Part shown: positions 1-9,095 of the stretch, in pieces
Layout of the letters: every line of letters begins with the position of its first letter
Position numbering within the stretch: the first letter of the stretch is position 1
Source of the DNA: Felis catus
Lineage: Eukaryota
Reading direction: 5' to 3'
Assembly (NCBI RefSeq): GCF_018350175.1
Contig: NC_058369.1
Coordinates: 2,792,001 to 2,856,000 of the forward strand
DNA length: 64,000 bases
Translations under genes and position numbers: made by a program
The notes under the pieces: generated by a model
What the model saw: the letters and a program-made list of their open reading frames with translations, nothing else
Databases searched by the model: none
Told to the model about the DNA's origin: nothing

Positions 1-779
1 CGTCAATTTCAAGCTCCCGGCTAGATGTCACTGAACGTGGAGTGTTGGCTCGACGAGCCGGCTCCAGGTGACCAAGCTGGGTCACGGCCCACACAGGCCT
101 GGCCCAGGCCGGGAGAGCAGGTAGGCACTGGGCACTTAACACCTACTGTGTGCCAGGCCCCAGCCTAGACACTGGGGACACAGAGCGACCAAGGCTGACG
201 AGAACGCTGCCTTCTGGGGACACAGGGTCCGGGGGGCAGATGGCGGACAGACACACGGGGAGAAAGGCCCCTTCTGGGACGTGTGCCGGGATCTGGGACC
301 CGAGGCCCAACAGACACCCAGGGGGCAAGAGCCGCCTCTGTCCTGCGTCCTCCTCGACAATGCCGGGTCCCGGCTGCTGACCGGCCGCTTCTGCGTCCAC
401 CAAGGTGGTTTCCTCGGTGACGGCACGAGGCTGCAAGTGGTCCGCCTCAATGTGCACCGGTGCAGGGTCAAGCCCAGCTGCTGCGTGTGTACAGATGGGG
501 AAACTGAGGCACAGAGCGGGGCATCGCTTGCTGGAGGTCACCCCGGCAGGAGGCGGTGCAGCCAGGACTCGAGCTCAGACGGTGGGCCCCAGGCCCTGTG
601 CTGGGCCCCGTGAGCGTGGTGCCCTGACCCTCCCGTTCTCTGGACCGAGTCCCTGACCGAGGCCCAAGGATGGCCGAGTAGCGGGAGGTGACCCTGTGGG
701 CTCGCTCGGCTCTTGGCCGCCCTGCCTCCCGTCTCTGCACCCCGGGGGCCCTCCTGCCCAAAGTGCCTGGGAGGCTCAC

Positions 780-864
780 AGGAGTTCTTCCGGAAAACCG
801 TGTTGCTCATGAACTTGAAGAAGCGCTCTGCGTAGAAGCTGGGCCGGTGGACAGAGACGGTGTC
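780..864 (-). CDS. PIP5K1C: PIP5K1C exon 11 ([28 protein letters not shown])
   Basis: cccag|GAC acceptor, T|gtgagc donor, 85 nt. Confidence 0.96.
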
Positions 865-2469
865 CTGGGAAGCGAAACAAGGGCCCGAGGGCAGAAGGGC
901 GTGAGTGCCGTGGTCCCACCAGGAGCTCCCCGGGTCCCGCGGGACAGCCCAGGGCACAGGCGGGCGGCGGGGCAAAGCCGCCCATGTGGGGAGGGGACTG
1001 GATCCCCAGCACGGGGCTTCCTGGACGGACCCGGGGGTCAGGTGACGGTGGCAGAGGGCAGGGTGGGAGGGAGACTCCGCCATCATAAACCCGTCTGTAT
1101 TTCTAATGCTTTGAACCATGGGAAGCGACAGCTACTCCAAGAGGTATGGAAACCAGGGCAATTCTCTGAGAGCGAGTCTCAACAAAGGACGGCTGGACGC
1201 CTGTTTTGTAAGGGACGGTTGGTGGCGCACAGCCACGCCTGAGGTGGGGACAGGCGGCCGCTGGTGTCCCTCGGTCCCACACCCCAGTGTGGGGTGATGC
1301 CGGGCTCCCCTCTAAGCTGGTCTCCTGGTCTGCGCGACAGGGAGGCTAGAGGCTGCCACTCTCGCCGGACGCGACAGCACCCCCACCCCCCCGGGGGTGA
1401 CAACCACAGGTGCCCCCAGACAGGGCCCGGGTCCTCCTCCTGCTGTAACGTAACAGAACACAGGGGACTCGCGGCCTCCAGGGTGAAAGCGACATGTCCC
1501 ATCCTCGCTGCAGCGAGGCGTGACCGCAGGACCGCGTTCAGGCAGGTGGTGGGGGAGACGAGGCAGTGACAGCTTCCGCCCTCTCCTCTGCCTGGAGTGC
1601 CCTGTGGGGGGCCAGCCGCGTGGGCCACGCCCAGGAGTGTGCAGCGCCAGGCAGAAGCAGCCGGCCCTGGACCCCAGGGGCCACCCCACCTGCCCCAGAC
1701 CGTTCACGCCTGTATGGCTACGCTGACCACCGTTTGGGCCCCCAAACCCGAGCAGCCTCGGTAGGGCTTACAGTGCCTCCGGCTGCCATGGCTTCGTGAC
1801 GCCGTGAGAGGGTTCCTGCCCCCTGGCCCTTCTTGGTGCACCTTCTGGAAGCTCCCATCTGGACCGTCCAAACACTCTCTGAGGGGTGTTGGGGGCCGGC
1901 TGGGGTTCTGGATTTTACAGACCGCACGCACGCAGACAGCCCTTAACGTTTCAGTAAGAATCGGTCTGAAGGGAGCCACGGGAGGACAGGCGTGCATCGG
2001 GGCCCCAACCAGCTCGTCAGCCCAACCGGACCGGGGTGCTAGGGCTGCTGCCGCAGGTGCACCGTTTGGTCCCCAACAGCTGGCCTGCCCGTGGGTGTGG
2101 CCAGTGCCCGAGCCCCCTCCGTCCTGCGCGTTTCCAGACTGCTCTTTGCCTCGCTGCCCCCTGACTCTCCCGGTCGGGCGGTCTTTGGGAATCCTCCCAG
2201 CTCAGCTTGGGCGTCCTCTCCTCCAAGAAGCCCTTCCGGGCCCCTCACCAGTGGCTCAGACCCCACTGCCGGACGGCCTACAGCTAGCTGCCTGCCCTCT
2301 CCCGTCTTGACCCGGACCCCTCGGCCTGTGACTGCCGGGGCACACGGCCGCCCCCACGGGACACTGGCTCCGGGAAGGGAGGCCCGTGTTTCTCGGCTCT
2401 GGAGCACCTGTGCCTGGCCCCGGGAGACCAGCACGTCTGTGGACTGACGCGTGAAGGCACAATGCTCAC

Positions 2470-2518
2470 CCCGTCGTGGACAAGAGCCTTCCAGGTGTGT
2501 TCCAGCTTCTTGATGAAC
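2470..2518 (-). CDS. PIP5K1C: PIP5K1C exon 10 (FIKKLEHTWKALVHDG, activation loop)
   Basis: tgcag|G acceptor, GGG|gtgagc donor, 49 nt. Confidence 0.96.
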
Positions 2519-3114
2519 CTGCAGAGAAAACGAGTGAACCAAAGTGGTCCTCTAGTGGGGCGGCCCCGTCCCCAGGGGACACTGGGCCACGTCTGGGGAC
2601 TGGGTGTGCTCCTGGCACCAAGTGGGTGGGAGGGCCCTGGTCCAGAGGAACGGAGACGCCTCAGCCAGGGGCCACCTCCCTTTTCGGCGCCCTCTGTTCC
2701 CCTCCCCGCCTGCTGGTGGCTCCTACCGCTGCTACTCTTAGAGAGGAAGTGAAAAGGCCGTGGCGCTTGGCCCTCGGTGGGGGGCATATGGCAGCACCCC
2801 CAGAGTACGGCCTTCCTCTCTCATGGCCCAGGCTGAGCCCGGGTCCTCTCTGCTGGAATCAGTGGCCTGCACTGTGGCTCTAACTAGATCCCTGCACACC
2901 TGGGCTGGGGAAAACGTTGCCTCCTCCAGGCAGCCTTCCTGGACACCCCCTAGTCTATGGGGTGGGGGAAGGGTCCTCTTCTCAGCACCCACCCCCGCGG
3001 GACACCCCTGCCCCAGGATAGGCTTGTGGCTGCCTGACACACGCTGGCCCACCCTCCTTGCCCCCACTCAAGAGCCTCCGCAGAAACCCTGGTCTGACAC
3101 CTCCAAAGTTTCCC

Positions 3115-3300
3115 GGGGCGCCTGCGTGGCTCAGCTGGTTAAGCGCCCCACTCTTGACTTCAGCTCAGGTCACGATCTCACGGTTGGTGAGTTTGAGCCC
3201 CGAGTTGGGCTCTGTGCCGACAGCCTGGAGCCTGTTTGGGATTGTCTCTCTGCCTCTTCCCTGCTCACTCTATCTCTCAAAACTAATAAGTAAACATTAA
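3115..3300 (+). mobile_element. CAN-SINE (SINEC)
   Basis: GGGGCGCCTG..GTGGCTCAG tRNA-like head, GTTTGAGCCCC B-box, CT-rich segment, A-rich tail. Confidence 0.9.
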
Positions 3301-4051
3301 AGCTCTCCACTCCTGCTCTAAACCCAGAGAGATGTCCCCATGGAAGACATCTGCCCCTGAGTCAGAAAACAACAGGCTGCGAATACTAGTGTTTGACAGG
3401 CAGGAGCCCAGTTTCATATTTAGGAAAAAACTCACCCAAGCCCACCCAGTGGGCTTCCTGAGGGGGTGGACATGGGAAATGGGGACCACCACGCCCAGGG
3501 TCCCCCTGTCCTGTCGGGAATGTGCATAATGAACGCATTCCGCTCTCAGGATGGAAAACTAAGACTAAGAAATGCTCGTCACCAAGACCTCATGCGGGTC
3601 GAGGCATGGGTAACGAGGTGGCCCACACCCCAGCTTTTAAACCGCAGGTGAGGCTGGGGTATCTGTTCCTTCGGCTCTGCCGCACTTGAGACCCCACGAC
3701 ATGGGGCCCCAGCCACGAGCATTTACTCCTGCTCATCGTAGGAGCTGTCCCGAGATGCTGTGCTCTGCGGCCACGGGCGCTTCTGTCCTGCGCACTTTAG
3801 CCCGGCACCTGGCACACGGTCGGCGCTCAGCAGACGGGGCTGGACCGGCGGGCGACACCCCACCCACCCCGCACGCCCCACGCCAGCCCCAACCCCGAAG
3901 GTGGAGTCACCCAGTCGGGGACCGAATGCCTCCCTCGAGGCCTCAGGGGCCGGCAGCCAATCAGGAGCCTTCCCGGGGCCGAGGAGGCTTTGTCTGCGGG
4001 CAGCAGGTGCACCGCTTCCGTGGGCAAGTGAGGGGGGCAGGGGGCACCCAC

Positions 4052-4135
4052 CTGTACGACTGCAGAATGTCAATGATGCCAATATGCAGCAAGAGGCGCT
4101 CCCCTCGGCCGTTCACGGCGGGAATCCCGCCCATC
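4052..4135 (-). CDS. PIP5K1C: PIP5K1C exon 9 ([27 protein letters not shown])
   Basis: cccag|G acceptor, AG|gtgggt donor, 84 nt. Confidence 0.96.
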
Positions 4136-4151
4136 CTGGGGAGAGAGGGCG

Positions 4152-4243
4152 GGAGCGCGGTCAACACCCCACAGGGCCACACCACTGTGGGCAGGGGCGG
4201 GGGGACAGGAGCGCCGTCAACACCCCACAGGGCCACACCGCTG
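4152..4243. repeat. Two-copy direct repeat, 56-bp period, next to the exon 9 acceptor
   Basis: ggagcgc(g/c)gtcaacaccccacagggccacacc(a/g)ctg at 4152 and 4208. Confidence 0.9.
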
Positions 4244-4884
4244 GCGGGGGCGGCGTGGGGGGCCCAGAGCCTGGCCTCGGAGAAGCTGAAGGAGCCAGAG
4301 CCCATGTGCTCCTGTAGGCGGCAGCTCGGCTGGGGCCGAGCTGCCGTCAGACACGCGAGGCTGGAGGCTGGCGAGGGGTCTGGCCCCCACACACCCGTGC
4401 GCACGCACACGCTCGCCCCGGGCGGGGCCCCCAGTGCTTCTGGGTCCCGTCTGGGGAGTTAGTCGCTTCACTCAGCCCCAGGCCCACACGTGCCCGGCCC
4501 GGCATGGTTAGTGAGGCCACACGACGCAGCGGCTGTCCTCAAGTCCCCATGACCCCAGACCCGTCAGGCCCGGGCCCTGCAGGCTCCGCACACCGCACTC
4601 CACGCACTGCCCAGCTCACCTGCGCACCCCGACATCCTGCCAGGCCTGGCACAGACCCTACAAACGCCAACACAGTGGAGGTCGGGCCGAGCCACCAGAC
4701 CTCTGCAGGTGTCGCTCCTCCTGCCCCCACCGCCTCGCCTGGTCAGGGCGTCAGGGCTCCTCCCCCGTCCTCCCCAGCTGTGAGCCCCCGTCTCCCTCGC
4801 GGACGCTGGGGGGTTATGCCCCCCTCCTCCAGGGCCCCCGTGCTGGTTGCCGGCACGCTCAGTCTCGACACCCTGTCTGCAGAA

Positions 4885-5085
4885 GCCGTTCCCACCGGGG
4901 TACTGTCCTCCTCGAGCACTCAACGATGTCTGGAGACGTCTGAGGCCCTCACGACTGGGGGTGTCCTGGCATGGGGGGGGAGGTGCCCTTCCATGGGGGG
5001 GGGCAGGGATGCTGCTCCAGCCCTATAGCACTCAGGACGCCCCAGAGAACGACCCGGCCCAGCGTGCACAGTGCCGGGGGCGGGG
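4885..5085 (+). mobile_element. MER20-like hAT-Charlie remnant
   Basis: gatgtctggagacg...cacgactggggg...cagggatgctgct...gacccggccc matches the recalled MER20 consensus. Confidence 0.6.
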
Positions 5086-5561
5086 CGGACACCCCACGAG
5101 TCTGTCTCGGGCAGGGGGCACAGCCCTCTCTGAGACTGTGACCTCGGCCTCCATCACCGGGGCCTGTTCTCCCCGGGGCTCTGGGTTCGGCCCCCTGCTG
5201 TAGATGTTGCCTCGTCCCCAGCACTCAACACCCCTACGGCTTTGCTTCAGATGGTGGCGCTTTAACCCATTCTGGGGTCCGGCAGGGGGAGGGGGCATCT
5301 GTGTTTCCCACACGGATGGCCACGGGCCTCAGTCCGCGGACAGACCGAGCCGGAACGCCCCGGTCATCACCCGGCCGGGGGGCCGTGCGTCCACCTGTGA
5401 CCCTCGCGGGGCCTGGCGGGCAGACTCCGCTGCTCCGATTCACAAACCAGGAACCAGCCACACGCGGGCTTCTGGACGCGCCTGCTCCCCGTCTCTCGCC
5501 CCCGCGGCCAACTCTCCCTGCCCGCCTCACACCGAGGGCCCCACAGCCCCGGGTCACCTAC

Positions 5562-5767
5562 GTGTCGTCCGACTCGATGGCCTCCCCGCGCGCGGCCCCG
5601 CCCTGGATGGACTCCATGGCCGTGGAGTAGAGGGCCTTCTGGCCCAGCGGCCGCTTCTCGCCCGCGGTGCTCTGGGCGCCCTCGGCCTGCCGCTCCCGCT
5701 CCTGCTGGTCGATGTTGTGCACGCCCAGGAGCAGGCTGTAGTCCATGATCTTGAAGCTCTCCAGCAC
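5562..5767 (-). CDS. PIP5K1C: PIP5K1C exon 8 ([17 protein letters not shown]...GEAIESDDT)
   Basis: ggcag|GTG acceptor, AC|gtaggt donor, 206 nt. Confidence 0.97.
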
Positions 5768-6462
5768 CTGCCGGGGGCGGGGCCGACAGGTCACGCTCCC
5801 GGTGCCCGGCCCCCCACAACCGCAAGCTGCATCGGGGTCTGCGCCCACTCGGTCCCCACAGCCTCGCAGGGGGCCTGTCCTGACCCCCACTTCACGGATG
5901 GCCGGGAGACCAAGGGGTCAGGGGCAAGGGGCCAGGCCACGTGGCAGGCAATGGGACCCGAGGCGTGGCATCCACACGGGGGCCAGGGTGTTTCCTTCCT
6001 CCTGACAGAGTCCAGCCGCTCCGCACACAAAACCCGCTCCTGGCCCCCAGGGCTCTGACACCTGGGCTCAGGGAAGCCCGAGGTCCTGAGAGGTCTGGGG
6101 GCGTCCTCGGGCAAGGTCGTGCAAAGTTTTCCAAGAGGCCTAGGAGCCAGGGGTGGTGGGCCTGGGGGCCTCGGGTTTTGAGCCTGCTCCCCGAGACTAG
6201 ACGAGATCTCTAGTCCAGGGGAGCAGGCTCGAAACCCCCCAGGTCACAGGGGGTGGAGGAGACCACGAGGCCAAGCGGGGGCAAGGGGGTCCGCGGGCCT
6301 GGGGCTCACGCTGCACTGGCTTCCACCAGCGTCCCCGTTTCACAGACGGGACAACTGAGGCCCAGAGAGGCGAGGGACCCTGAACTGCCCCCCCCCCCAG
6401 CCCCACGCACTCTGCTCTGGGCTCCTCCCCCGCACCGGGCCGTGTGGGCGTGGCGGCCTCAC

Positions 6463-6762
6463 CAGGCAGTCCCGTTGCAGCGTCTTGACGAGGGCGGAGA
6501 AGGTGTCTGCGTCCAGCAGGAGCCCCTCGGGCATGTCCTGGATGAAGTCCAGGTCCTTGTAGGTGGGAATGCTCTTCTCCTTCTCTTTCTTGCTGGCCCG
6601 CCGCTTGTACGTGGAGCCCTTGAGGTCGAACTTGAGGTGCATCTTGACAACGCGCGGCAGGATGTTGTTCATGACCACCACGCGGATGTTCTTGCCGCCC
6701 GACTGCACGCAGTACAGCCCGTAAAACTTGGGCAGCAGCGTCCGCGGGTTCTGGTTGAGGTT
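6463..6762 (-). CDS. PIP5K1C: PIP5K1C exon 7 ([13 protein letters not shown]...DLKGS...LQRDCL)
   Basis: cccag|AAC acceptor, CTG|gtgagg donor, 300 nt. Confidence 0.97.
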
Positions 6763-7040
6763 CTGGGAGGCGAAGGAGGAGGACAGGGCTGGAGGACAGT
6801 CGCCACGGCCGCCGGCACCGGCACACTCTGTGCCGGGCCACCTCCAGGAAGCCCTCCCTGACCACCACCCGCCTGGGCCAGCCCCGCACTCTGCCCTCCC
6901 AGAGATCTGACGTTAGCCAGGTTCCAGCAGATGAGATCCTCCGGGTGTCAGGGGCTGGCTGCCCCCCAGGCCAGACCCAGGTGCCCCACCTCCCCAGCCT
7001 GGGGTGACACGGGGTCACAGCTTCCAGGCACAGTCCAGGA

Positions 7041-7375
7041 CAAGGGTTGGCAAACTCTGAATACGGGACCAAGTCCAACTACCCACTCGTTCTCACGTGG
7101 CCAGCGGTTTAAGCTATGAATGGCTTTATGTTGTTAAAAAAGTTGGGGAGAAAAAAGGAAAGTAGCGTTCTGTGACACGTGAAAACGACACGAACTTGAC
7201 ATTTCAGTGTCAGTAAAGGAAGTGATCCACGCACGTGGAGCCTGTCCACTCACTCGGGGTCCATGGGGCTTCCCTGCAGTGACAGCAGGGCTGAGCTATG
7301 GAGGTAGGTGCTGCCTGGGGCACAGAGCCCCAACATTTACCAGACAGTTCTTTACAGGAAGCTTGCCGACCCCTG
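7041..7375. mobile_element. MER58B-like non-autonomous hAT DNA transposon, near full length
   Basis: Terminal inverted repeats CAAGGGTTGGCAAACT ... AGCTTGCCGACCCCTG; internal gtgacacgtgaaaa and atttcagtgtc as in the recalled consensus. Confidence 0.8.
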
Positions 7376-7984
7376 ACCGTGGGGGCCAGGGACCCCCTGA
7401 GCATCATGCACGATGAATGAGACGCCCCGGGGGGAGAGGGGCCACAATCCGAACAGAGCTGCCCAGAAAAGCCTATCCGCACCCCTGCCAGGTGCCTGGT
7501 CACGACCCTTGCCCACTCCTGCTTCCACTCCCGCCCAGGGATCTGAGCCGCCCTCTCAGGCTGTGAGTCACACAGGGACTGGGAAGTGCCCCGGCAGCTG
7601 GTCCTTGGTGACATGCCAGCTGGTGGTCCAGCCTCCCTCCCCCACGCCTGAGTCACCAGCTACCAAGACACAAGCCTCGATTTCTGGGCTCCGTGACTCA
7701 GGGGTGTCGGTGGGGAGAAGGGAGGGGGAGTGAAGGCTGGGCCCGCCCCCGCCCCCACTCCCCCCACCCCCAGGGAAGGCGGTGAGGGGTTTAGATGGCA
7801 AGTCCTGCTTGCCAAGTGTTGAGGCACCACGTGGTGGTGCTGGGGGGGGGGTAGGGGTGAAGGCGAGGCTCAGGAGGACTTCCCATGGCCTGCCTAAAAG
7901 GGGTCTCCCGGACCCCATCTGCCCAAATTCCTTAGCCTCAGAGCCCGTGGCTGCTATTGAACCTGCTCCCAACAGGAAAGGAGT

Positions 7985-8760
7985 TGGGGGCGGGGCGGGG
8001 TTGCAGGGCGGGGCTCCTCACCATGTAGGGGTGGGGACGGGCCGAGGTGGGGGCGGAGCTGCGGGGAAGGGGGGCGGGGCCCCTCACCCTGTAGGAGCCA
8101 GGGGCGGGGCTCCTCACCATGTAGGGGGCGGGGCAAAAGGTGGGGTGGGGCTGCAGGGCGGGGCTCCTCACTGTGTAGGGGGAGGGGAGGGGAGGAGGTG
8201 AGTTGGGCCGCAGGGCGGGGCTCCTCACTGTGCAGGGGCAGGGGAGGGGCGGAGGTGGGGCAGGGACCCTCACTATGTATGGGGTGGAGGTGGGGCGGGG
8301 CTGCAGGGCGGGGCCCCTCACCCTTTAGGAGCCAGGGGCGGGGCAAAAAGTCGGGCGGGGCTGCAGGGCGGGGCTCCTCACTGTGTAGGGGCAGTGGAGG
8401 GGCGAGGTGGGTTGGGCCGCAGGGCGGGGCTCCTCAGCATGTAGGGGGCGGGGTGGAGCGGGGCTTCTCACCAAGTAGGGGGCGGGGCGGAGGTGGGGCA
8501 GGGGCCCTCACTATGTATGGGGTGGAGGTGGGGCGGGGCTCCAGGGCGGGGCCCCTCACCCTGTAGGAGCCAGGGGCGGGGCTCCTCACCGTGTAGGGGG
8601 CGGGGTAAAAAGTGGGGCGGGGCTTCAGGGCGGGGCTCCTCACTGCGTAGGGGCAGGGGAGGGGCGGAGGTGGGTCGGGCCGCAGGGCGGGGCTCCTCGG
8701 CAGGTAGGGGGCGCGGGGCGGGGTGGAGCGGGGCTGCAGGGCGGGGCTCCTCACCATGTA
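7985..8760. repeat. G-rich minisatellite (units ~30-65 bp, ~235-bp higher-order period) overlapping the exon 6 donor
   Basis: Core gggcggggctcctcaccatgtag or a variant occurs 16 times, including the true junction. Confidence 0.95.
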
Positions 8761-8907
8761 GTAGCCGGGTAACAGCTTCTGCAGGAACTCGGCCTCCTTG
8801 TGCATCACCGTCTTGATGATGAACTCGTCGTCACTGGTGACGTAGAACAGGGAGCCGCTGGCGCCGGGGTTGGACAGCTCGATCAGTGGCTCGTTGCACA
8901 GCGAGTA
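8755..8907 (-). CDS. PIP5K1C: PIP5K1C exon 6 ([19 protein letters not shown]...LLPGYYM)
   Basis: cccccag|TAC acceptor, ATG|gtgagg donor, 153 nt. Confidence 0.97.
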
Positions 8908-8994
8908 CTGGGGGGGCAGTGAGTGGGCAGGTGGGTCGCTGACACCCCACACGCCCAGCGTCTAGCGGACAGCTCTGGAACAGGTCACTGTCAG

Positions 8995-9095
8995 CATCCT
9001 TTCACAGATGAAGAAATACGCTCAGAGAGGGAAACTGACACGCCTGAGGCCACACAGCAAGGAACTGAACCCCGGGCTAATCTGCAGCCTGGGTG
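8995..9095. mobile_element. MIR remnant
   Basis: tttcacagatgaagaaa..gctcagagaggg..gaggccacacagc..gaaccccggg MIR core. Confidence 0.6.

Noticed and set aside
5204..6861. Long plus-strand ORFs antisense to PIP5K1C exons 7-8
   Set aside because: Shadow ORFs caused by high GC3 codon usage on the coding strand.
7985..8760. Repeat array as a CRISPR-like locus
   Set aside because: Mammalian intron; the sequences between the cores are related G-rich variants rather than unique spacers, and there are no cas genes.
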